Shown: positions 1-5,795 of the stretch, one piece after another
Layout of the letters: every line of letters begins with the position of its first letter
How positions within the stretch are numbered: position 1 is the first letter of the stretch
Source: Nanopusillaceae archaeon
GTDB taxonomy: Archaea > Nanobdellota > Nanobdellia > Nanobdellales > Nanobdellaceae
Length of the DNA: 5,894 nucleotides
Assembly: GCA_049973735.1 (NCBI GenBank)
Contig: JBMFJL010000036.1
Coordinates: 1-5,894, forward strand
Reading direction: 5' to 3'
Made by a program: the position numbers and the translations under genes
Notes under the pieces: model-generated
The model's input: only the letters and a program-made list of their open reading frames with translations
Database searches by the model: none
Told to the model about the DNA's origin: nothing

Positions 1-64
1 CACACATCCTTCCAGCTTCTCTTCCCCTTAATTTTACACATACTCTACCAACTTGTAAGACCAT
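1..64 (-). CDS. rpl14e: 50S ribosomal protein L14e, N-terminal 21 codons (partial; continues beyond the left edge)
   Basis: The reverse complement of 1..64 reads ATG GTC TTA CAA GTT GGT AGA GTA TGT GTA AAA TTA AGG GGA AGA GAA GCT GGA AGG ATG TGT G, which is MVLQVGRVCVKLRGREAGRMC(V..). This matches the conserved N-terminal motif of archaeal L14e as I recall it (..VGRxCVKxxGREAGxxCV..). The + strand is unusually pyrimidine-rich here, so the - strand is purine-rich, as coding strands are elsewhere in this window. The ORF is too short to appear in the supplied track. Confidence 0.7.
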   Translation of the reverse strand, partial: MVLQVGRVCVKLRGREAGRMC

Positions 65-69
65 TTTTA

Positions 70-363
70 TTGATTAATAGTAAAAAATCTGTAGAAGAAT
101 TTAAATATCATGAGTATGTTAAAATGTGGAGAAAATTTACATGGGAAGAATTTGCAAATGGGTATCTAGAAAAGGTTAAAGAAAGAATTAAAAATGGTGA
201 TAAAACTGCAAAATGGGTAGTATATAATGTTTATAAAGCTATACTAGTCTTCTTGCATCCTATAATACCATTTGTTACCGAATATATATATCAAAAATTG
301 TATGGAGAAAAGAGTACTATACTAGAAGAAAAATTTGAAAATTTACTTAAAGCCTTCAGCTAG
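70..363 (+). CDS. Orphan ORF matching only the C-terminal anticodon-binding helical segment of a class Ia (ValRS-type) aminoacyl-tRNA synthetase; the catalytic body is absent at this locus (split-gene half or gene relic)
   Basis: The segment EFKYHEYVKMWRKFTWEEFANGYLEKVKERIK..AKWVVYNVYKAILVFLHPIIPFVTEYIYQKL follows the ValRS/IleRS C-terminal pattern (..F.W..FcD.YlE..K.Rl...a...ly.vl...l.LLhPfmPFitEEiwq.l). The start is uncertain: TTG at 70 lies only 5 nt from the divergent L14e ATG, and the first ATG is at 124 (80 aa). About 97 stop-free codons are unlikely by chance in DNA this AT-rich. No TATA-like box sits at the 24-nt spacing seen for other first genes here. A T6 run (372-377) follows the stop. 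Confidence 0.55.
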   Translation: MINSKKSVEEFKYHEYVKMWRKFTWEEFANGYLEKVKERIKNGDKTAKWVVYNVYKAILVFLHPIIPFVTEYIYQKLYGEKSTILEEKFENLLKAFS

Positions 364-1005
364 TTCTTTAATTTTTTCATAAAAATTAGGCGCTTTTGCT
401 ACTGCAGATGCAAGTAAAACCCCTTCTGCACCCAATTCAATTGCCCTTTTTACATCATCTTTATTACTTATTCCTGCTCCAACTAATAATTTTACTCTTG
501 GATTTGCTTCCTTTATCATTCTTACAGAGTTTACAATTATATCTGGTTTTGCTTTAGAAACCGAAATTCCAGTACCTATTAATTCTGGAGGCTCTATGGC
601 TATATAATCTGGATCTAATTTTGCTAGAGCAGAACCAACTAAATTATCATTAGCACATACAATGGTTTTTAATCCTAATTTTTTAGCTATCTCTATGATT
701 TTTTCTATTTCACTTATTTTTAATTGTCTTTCAGAATGATTGACCAAAGTTCCGACCGCACCGGCCTCTTTGACTGCTTCAGGTAGTATATGACCAGTAA
801 ATGCACCAGACTCTATTGGATCGATATGTTGAGCAAAGATTTTAACTCTTTTAGCTCTCTGAGACAATAAATATATATCAGTAAACTGTGGCGCAATAAC
901 TATTTCTATTCCATATTCGCTAACAACCCTTTCTGCAGCTTCTAATAATTCCAATCCCTTTTTTCCTATTGTTTCTTTATATGCTTTCAGATTTATAACT
1001 AGCAT
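343..1005 (-). CDS. tpiA: Triosephosphate isomerase, short (~220 aa) archaeal type
   Basis: The 220-aa ORF aligns end to end, from memory, with archaeal TIMs such as the Methanocaldococcus enzyme. Catalytic positions are present: Lys in INLKAY, His in VNHSE, Glu in AIEPPELIGTG. The GAGIS phosphate-binding loop and the C-terminal GVLLASAV motif are also there. Confidence 0.95.
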   Translation of the reverse strand: MLVINLKAYKETIGKKGLELLEAAERVVSEYGIEIVIAPQFTDIYLLSQRAKRVKIFAQHIDPIESGAFTGHILPEAVKEAGAVGTLVNHSERQLKISEIEKIIEIAKKLGLKTIVCANDNLVGSALAKLDPDYIAIEPPELIGTGISVSKAKPDIIVNSVRMIKEANPRVKLLVGAGISNKDDVKRAIELGAEGVLLASAVAKAPNFYEKIKELAEGFK

Positions 1006-1028
1006 AAAATAATAATATGACCTTCTTT

Positions 1029-1050
1029 ATTTATAAAATATTTATAAAAT
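1029..1050. promoter_or_regulatory. Perfect tandem duplication ATTTATAAAAT x2, each copy holding a palindromic TATA-box-like 8-mer TTTATAAA; candidate paired promoters for divergent tpiA and the ATPase gene
   Basis: Units 1029-1039 and 1040-1050 are identical. TTTATAAA (1030-1037 and 1041-1048) is its own reverse complement. The left 8-mer is separated by exactly 24 nt (1006-1029) from the tpiA ATG (A at 1005, - strand). The right 8-mer is separated by exactly 24 nt (1049-1072) from the ATPase ATG (1073). That spacing fits archaeal TATA-to-TSS distances combined with leaderless mRNAs. Confidence 0.5.
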
Positions 1051-1072
1051 TCTCAGACCATAACTCGTTATA

Positions 1073-3640
1073 ATGTGGCATTCTTTACCGATCGAAGAAG
1101 TATTAAGAAGACTTAATACATCTTTAAATGGTCTAACCGATGAAGAAGTAAAAAATAGATTAAAAATATATGGAAAAAATGAAATAAAATTAAAAGAGGA
1201 ATCATTAATATTTAAAATTATTGAAATTATAAAAAATCCTTTTTTATTATTATTTATATTTGCAGATATAATATCATTTATTTTTCAAGGGTTTATAGAT
1301 GGAATTGCTATTTTCATGTTTCTATTACTATACATTATCTTTGACCTAATAAATGAAAGAAGATACAGTAAAATAATAAAATCTTTGATGAAAAGCATAG
1401 AAAAAGATGTAATGGTTGTAAGAAATGGGACAATAACACATGTAAAGGCTTCAGAAATTGTGCCTGGTGACATAATAATACTTAGGTATGGAGAATTTGT
1501 ACCTGCAGACATTAGGATTATAGAGGAAAAAGATTTGGAAGTTGATGAAAGTGCATTGACCGGAGAAAGCGATCCTGTAAGAAAAAAAGTAGACATAGTA
1601 TCTACAAATGCACCGGTAAAGGATAGAATAAATATGCTTTTTTTCGGAACACATATTGTAAGAGGCTATTGCAAAGGAGTTGTTGTAGCTACAGGAAACA
1701 ATACTTATTATGGAAGTATATATAAGAATTTAGAAAAAGAGAAAAGAGAGAAAACTTTATTACAGATTGAATTAGAAAAGTTCTCTGTTTATATGACTGT
1801 AATTGTAGTTATAATAATGATAATTTCTGCAATTTATATTTATATATTTAATATACTACCATTAAACCAATTGCTAATATTTGTTGTAGCAATTGGAGTA
1901 CTTGTAATTCCAGAAGGTTTGCCTGCAGCCCTAACACTAATATATGCCCTTAGTGTAGATAAATTAAGAAGAGAAAATATATTTGTCAAAAATCCAAATA
2001 TATTAGAGGATTTGGGTAATGTTGACACAGTAATTCTAGACAAAACAGGAACTTTATCATATAATTATATAGATTTAAAGGGCTTTTATTTCAATGGAAA
2101 AATTTACAAAGTAAAATATGAAGATAACAAGATAAAAATACTTAAAAAAGATAAAGAAGTTGATTTAAACGGTTTACAGGTATTTCTAACTTTTTTATAC
2201 AATTCTATTGATGATTACAGTTATGATATATATGAAAATGGTTTTGGAAACCCAATAAATCTAGCTATATATAGGGTAGGTAAACAATTAAACTTAAAAT
2301 TTTTAGAAAGAATAGATGTAAACTATTTTGATTCTTATAGAAAAAGATCATCAGTCATAGTAAATTATGAAGGTAAAAAATACTCTATAGTAAAAGGTTC
2401 TGTAGATTCGATCATAAAAATATCTAAATATATATATTTAGATAATGAAATAAAAGAAATTAACAAAAATATAGACAAAATAAAAAACATAACTGAAAAA
2501 TATAGCAAAAAAGGATTTAAAATATTGGCTTTAGGCATAAAAATCCTAGATAATGATAACGATGTAGAAAAAGATGTAATTTTTTATGGAATTATATTGC
2601 TCAAAGAGAAAATTAGGAAAGGTGTCAAGAATTACATTGATTTTCTAAAGTTTTTAAATTTAAATATTTATATAGTTACTGGTGATAATAGGGAGAATAC
2701 GGAAAATTTGCTTAAAATTTTGAAGCTTAATTTTAAAGTAAAAGATGCTAGAGAAATAAAAAAACTTAATGATGAAGAATTATATAAATTGTTAAAAAAC
2801 TATAATGCAATCGTAAATGCAGATCCTGAAGATAAGTATAGAATAGTAAAAGTATTAAAGAAAAAGGGACATAGAGTCTTGTTCGTTGGTGATGGTATAA
2901 ATGATTCTATAGCAATGAAAATATCAAATGTTGGCGTATCTTTTTACAATGCCGCAGATATAACTAAAGATTCTGCAAATGTATTATTATTAGATGAAGG
3001 AATAGAGGCAATTGTAGAATTGATAAAGGAGGGAAAGAGGATTATATATAGCCTAAAAACTTATATAGTAACAGTATTGTCTGCTATTATTGGTATATTT
3101 TTATTTATGGTAATAGGATTCTTCGTATATAAGCAAATATTCTTAGAATCTCTACAGCTATTGTTATTAAATTTGGTTGCAGAAACTATATTTTCAATAA
3201 CTATCAATGTATCGGAAGTAAAAGATGAAAAAATGTATAAACAATTAGATAATCGACTATTTGACAAAAATATAATCTATAATTTCATTAGAAATGCTAT
3301 TTTCATAGGATTAAACAGTGTGATAGTCGCATTAGCAACATTTAATAATGTTTATACTATCATGTTATTCTTAATTGTTTCTCAAGCTATATTATTAATG
3401 TATTACGAAAAGAAATTTAATTTATCTATAACTTCAAGCAAACAATATTATATTTCTATATTCCTATCCGTTATGATAATATCTATATTCTTATTACCAT
3501 ATTTAAGAGATCTTATAGGATTTGTCATACCAGCTATGATAGATATTTCCGTATTTGTCATCGTTGCCCTATATATGTATGCAATATTTGAAATATTATA
3601 TAGAGTAGAAAAATCAGCGGTATCTGAACATCTTCATTAA
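1073..3640 (+). CDS. P-type cation-transporting ATPase (P2/P3-like, about 10 predicted TM helices); transported ion unresolved
   Basis: The N-terminus is of the Cation_ATPase_N type (HSLPIEEVLRRLNTSLNGLTDEEVKNRLKIYGKNEI). All core motifs are present: A-domain LTGESDPV, M4 IPEGLPAALT, phosphorylation site ILDKTGTLS, N-domain FDSYRKRSSV and VKGS, then IVTGDN, ADPEDKYRIV and VGDGINDSIAMK. Hydrophobic segments fit M1-M10. Confidence 0.93.
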   Translation: MWHSLPIEEVLRRLNTSLNGLTDEEVKNRLKIYGKNEIKLKEESLIFKIIEIIKNPFLLLFIFADIISFIFQGFIDGIAIFMFLLLYIIFDLINERRYSKIIKSLMKSIEKDVMVVRNGTITHVKASEIVPGDIIILRYGEFVPADIRIIEEKDLEVDESALTGESDPVRKKVDIVSTNAPVKDRINMLFFGTHIVRGYCKGVVVATGNNTYYGSIYKNLEKEKREKTLLQIELEKFSVYMTVIVVIIMIISAIYIYIFNILPLNQLLIFVVAIGVLVIPEGLPAALTLIYALSVDKLRRENIFVKNPNILEDLGNVDTVILDKTGTLSYNYIDLKGFYFNGKIYKVKYEDNKIKILKKDKEVDLNGLQVFLTFLYNSIDDYSYDIYENGFGNPINLAIYRVGKQLNLKFLERIDVNYFDSYRKRSSVIVNYEGKKYSIVKGSVDSIIKISKYIYLDNEIKEINKNIDKIKNITEKYSKKGFKILALGIKILDNDNDVEKDVIFYGIILLKEKIRKGVKNYIDFLKFLNLNIYIVTGDNRENTENLLKILKLNFKVKDAREIKKLNDEELYKLLKNYNAIVNADPEDKYRIVKVLKKKGHRVLFVGDGINDSIAMKISNVGVSFYNAADITKDSANVLLLDEGIEAIVELIKEGKRIIYSLKTYIVTVLSAIIGIFLFMVIGFFVYKQIFLESLQLLLLNLVAETIFSITINVSEVKDEKMYKQLDNRLFDKNIIYNFIRNAIFIGLNSVIVALATFNNVYTIMLFLIVSQAILLMYYEKKFNLSITSSKQYYISIFLSVMIISIFLLPYLRDLIGFVIPAMIDISVFVIVALYMYAIFEILYRVEKSAVSEHLH

Positions 3641-3664
3641 TCAGGAATCTCTGACCTTCATCAT
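3614..3664 (-). ncRNA. Candidate box C/D sRNA (2'-O-methylation guide RNA), antisense to the last 9 codons and stop codon of the ATPase gene and extending into the intergenic spacer
   Basis: The - strand reads AUGAUGA (C, 3664-3658), AGGUCAGAGAUUC (13 nt), CUGA (D', 3644-3641), UUA, AUGAAGA (C' with one mismatch, 3637-3631), UGUUCAGAUACCG (13 nt), CUGA (D, 3617-3614). The total is 51 nt with two equal spacers. It is flanked by AAAAA (3669-3665) and UUUUU (3613-3609), which could form a terminal stem; the U5 could also act as a terminator. An A/T-only block (3686-3698) lies about 25-30 nt upstream on the - strand. I checked every other TGATGA/TCATCA site in the window, and none has a CUGA at guide spacing. 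Confidence 0.6.
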
Positions 3665-3680
3665 TTTTTATTAATTTTAT
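3664..3680 (+). promoter_or_regulatory. A/T block acting as a candidate TATA element for the GT2 gene; its T6 run (3664-3669) is also a candidate oligo-T terminator for the ATPase gene
   Basis: TTTTTTATTAATTTTAT ends about 17-24 nt upstream of the GT2 ATG (3697). TTTATTAA at 3667-3674 is 22 nt from the ATG, close to the 24-nt spacing at the tpiA/ATPase promoters. The T6 run starts 24 nt after the ATPase stop. This is weak evidence given the AT-rich background. Confidence 0.35.
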
Positions 3681-3696
3681 CTGACATATTTTTTAT

Positions 3697-4821
3697 ATGT
3701 ATAATAAAGTATCTTTTATATTTCCTATTTATAAAGATAGTGAAGCTATAGAAGATAATATTAAAAGAATATTTGAAGATAATTACCCAAACGATTTAAA
3801 AGAAATTATAGTTGCTGTGGACGTACCTACAGAAAATTTCATGGAAAAAATCAAAAAAATAAAAAGCAAATATAAAAATGTAAAATTTATAATATCGAAA
3901 GAAAGGAGGGGAAAAGTTGCTGCAACTAATGATGCTGTAAAATATTCTACTGGCGACATATTAGTTTTTATTGATGCAGACGCCTCTATAGTACATATAG
4001 ATTTACAATCTTTAGTAAAAGAAGTAAATGAATATGGTTTAGTAGAATTTTACAAAGATATGGAAAGAAAAGGGATAATAGGTAATATGCTTCATCTAGA
4101 GTATTCTATGTATTATGACATATTATCTATCATAAATAATAAGAGAAAAAAATCTTTAGGTGTCAATGGAGCTGGTTTTTCTGTTAAGAGAGAGATATTT
4201 GAAAAAGTTGGGGGATTTACTAGAGTCTATGTAGAAGATTTAGACTTTGCCATTAAGGCTCAAAAAGCAGGAAGTAAATATTATTTATCTAAATCTGTAA
4301 TTTTAAAAATAAAGCCGTTAGAAACTTTAAAACAGTTAATAGATCAAAAAAAGAGATGGACTTTCGGTGCTATAGAATTTGCTTTAAATCATTTTGACTT
4401 TTTTATTAAATATTTTATTGAAGATCCATTTTCTAGTATGGTTTTGATATTAATATTCTTTTTTCCATACATTTTGTTTTTCTATATATACTTCTTAATC
4501 CCATTATCTTATATATATGATATTGCAATAAAATTATACGAAAATTTTTTAGCTAATATAAATATAATATATGTTGCGCTAGTCAATCCTTTCTCTTTCT
4601 ATCAATTTTTCTCTGCAATTTATCTCACAATACTTTATATTGTAATATCTACCACTTATACTTTTTTACTATTTTCCATCGCCAAGAAAAAATTATATAA
4701 CCCGATATACTTTTTCATCTTATCCGTATTCTATGTACCTTTGTATGAGATAATCTTTATATACGTTTTGATATATTATGTTTTATTCGAAATGCCTCCA
4801 AAGATGAACTGGAAGGTCTAA
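3697..4821 (+). CDS. Membrane-integrated family-2 glycosyltransferase with the processive-type D,D,D,Q-x-x-R-W signature and a C-terminal multi-TM domain
   Basis: The N-terminus has a GT-A fold signature (VSFIFPIYKDSEAIEDNIKRI..YPNDLKEIIVAVD, then GKVAATNDAVKYSTGDILVFIDADA with the DxD motif). This is followed by GAGFSVKREIFEKVGGF, VEDLDFAIKA and QKKRWTFG (QxxRW). The last ~140 aa are strongly hydrophobic, about 4-5 TM segments. An in-frame TGA at 3682-3684 makes 3697 the first possible ATG. Confidence 0.9.
   Translation: MYNKVSFIFPIYKDSEAIEDNIKRIFEDNYPNDLKEIIVAVDVPTENFMEKIKKIKSKYKNVKFIISKERRGKVAATNDAVKYSTGDILVFIDADASIVHIDLQSLVKEVNEYGLVEFYKDMERKGIIGNMLHLEYSMYYDILSIINNKRKKSLGVNGAGFSVKREIFEKVGGFTRVYVEDLDFAIKAQKAGSKYYLSKSVILKIKPLETLKQLIDQKKRWTFGAIEFALNHFDFFIKYFIEDPFSSMVLILIFFFPYILFFYIYFLIPLSYIYDIAIKLYENFLANINIIYVALVNPFSFYQFFSAIYLTILYIVISTTYTFLLFSIAKKKLYNPIYFFILSVFYVPLYEIIFIYVLIYYVLFEMPPKMNWKV
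4811..4817 (+). promoter_or_regulatory. Shine-Dalgarno-like GGAAGGT upstream of the RNase Z start
   Basis: GGAAGGT partially matches the GGAGGT-type SD. It lies 3 nt before ATG 4821 and 6 nt before ATG 4824. This fits a distal operon gene using an SD while first genes look leaderless. The better spacing suggests the second ATG (4824) may be the real start. Confidence 0.4.
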
Positions 4822-5795
4822 TGATGAAACTATATATATTAGGAACAGCTTCTGCATTTCCAACAAAAAAGAGAAATCACCCTGGAATATTTATGAAATA
4901 TTTAGACAAAGGTATATTGTTTGATGCTGGCGAAAATATACAAAGACAAATGAGAATTGCAGGTTTATCTCCTACAGATATTGATATAATATTAATAACA
5001 CATTGGCATGGAGATCATATGCTAGGATTGCCTGGAATCTTATTTAGCTTATCCAATATGGAATATAAAAGAGAACTAAATATTATACTACCCAGAGAAA
5101 ACTTTGAAGATTTTTATAAATTAATGGACGGATTGAATATTCCGATTGAATTCAATATAAATTTAATAGAGGCAAAAAACGGATTGATATATGAAGATGA
5201 TAAATTCGAAATATATGGTATAGAGACTAGACATTCTGTAAAATCTTTTTCTTATTACTTTAAAGAGAAAGAATATATAAAAATAGATAAAGAAAAATTA
5301 AGATATTACAATTTATCTGTAAATCAAATAAAGAAAATAAAAAAAGGAGAAAAAATCTTTTATAATGGAAAAGAAATTGATTTCAATGATATTGGATATA
5401 TTAGAAAGGGTATAAAGATCTCATACATAACGGATACGATATTTTTTGAAGATCTAATAAAATTTGCTGAAAATAGTACTATTCTAATATGCGAATCTAC
5501 ATTTTTCTTCGATCCAGAAAAAGCTAAAGAACATTACCATATGGACTTTACAGAAGTTTTAAAGTTATATTTAGAAAGTAAAAGTAAAATATTGCTATTG
5601 ACTCATTTTAGCCAAAGATATGAAGAAGAACTGGATAAAATAAAAAAGGATATAGAGGAAAAATATGATGATGTATATATATTAAATGACTTCGATAGGA
5701 TAGAAATAGAAAAAAACATTATAAGTTTATACTTATCTAATAAATTAGTTAAATATAAATTTGATGAAAAAACTGGTTATGTTTTAAGAATATAG
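4821..5795 (+). CDS. rnz: Ribonuclease Z (tRNA 3' endonuclease), metallo-beta-lactamase fold, short form
   Basis: The N-terminus KLYILGTASAFPTKKRNHPGIFMKY..GILFDAGENIQRQM..IDIILITHWHGDHMLGLPGILFS matches the RNase Z consensus, including HxHxDH. Downstream metal ligands are plausible: TRHSV, ISYITDT, EHYHMDF and LLLTHFSQRY. The start overlaps the GT2 stop (TAATG, 4819-4823). Confidence 0.93.
   Translation: MMKLYILGTASAFPTKKRNHPGIFMKYLDKGILFDAGENIQRQMRIAGLSPTDIDIILITHWHGDHMLGLPGILFSLSNMEYKRELNIILPRENFEDFYKLMDGLNIPIEFNINLIEAKNGLIYEDDKFEIYGIETRHSVKSFSYYFKEKEYIKIDKEKLRYYNLSVNQIKKIKKGEKIFYNGKEIDFNDIGYIRKGIKISYITDTIFFEDLIKFAENSTILICESTFFFDPEKAKEHYHMDFTEVLKLYLESKSKILLLTHFSQRYEEELDKIKKDIEEKYDDVYILNDFDRIEIEKNIISLYLSNKLVKYKFDEKTGYVLRI

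Noticed and set aside
1-363. Frame +1 is stop-free from base 1 through 363, which suggests a longer synthetase CDS entering from the left edge
   Set aside because: The + strand translation of 1..69 (HTSFQLLFPLILHILYQLVRPFL) has no convincing aaRS character; RPFLL is at best a weak echo of the ValRS DRWIL motif. The - strand of the same bases gives a clean ATG-initiated L14e N-terminus with a highly conserved motif, and strand composition switches here. Both readings cannot be genuine full genes, and L14e is the better supported.
741-780. A locally GC-rich patch (ccgaccgcaccggcc) in otherwise AT-rich DNA, the kind of signal that can mark a structured RNA or tRNA half in thermophiles
   Set aside because: It encodes the conserved TIM segment ..AGAVGTLVNHSE.. 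on the - strand. No cloverleaf or extended helix can be drawn, so codon constraint explains the composition.
1018-1025. The 8-mer TGACCTTC recurs at 1018-1025 and 3652-3659. Its complement core GAAGGTC also occurs at 4812-4818, so it could be a shared SD-like or regulatory motif
   Set aside because: Only the 4812 copy is at SD distance from a start codon. The 1025..1019 copy is 14 nt from the tpiA ATG, and under the leaderless model it would lie upstream of the TSS. The 3659..3653 copy is part of the sRNA C box and guide. Three short matches chosen post hoc are not significant.
2768-2829. Other C-box-like sites: AATGATGA at 2768-2775 with a CTGA about 50 nt downstream. Also TGATGA at 1386, 1553, 2208, 4822, 5666 and 5762 (+), and TCATCA at 2348 (-)
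   Set aside because: None has a CUGA at 10-13 nt guide spacing, none has a C'/D' pair, and all sit inside well-supported coding sequence. ATGATGA at 4821-4827 is simply the double ATG start of RNase Z.
1285-3267. Four minus-strand ORFs from the track (1285..1596, 1451..1654, 1840..2043, 3061..3267) nested inside the ATPase gene
   Set aside because: They lie wholly antisense to a CDS backed by a full set of P-type ATPase motifs. Their translations are low-complexity (Ser/Ile/Phe/Asn-rich) with no recognisable motif, and two of them overlap each other. They look like typical shadow ORFs.
3614-3664. Mini-ORFs on the - strand inside the sRNA candidate (ATGATGAAGGTCAGAGATTCCTGA = MMKVRDS*, and ATGAAGATGTTCAGATACCGCTGA = MKMFRYR*)
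   Set aside because: Each is only 7 codons, and their 'start' and 'stop' are the C/C' and D'/D boxes themselves. The box C/D architecture explains the pattern better than two tandem micropeptides, though ribosome profiling could revisit this.
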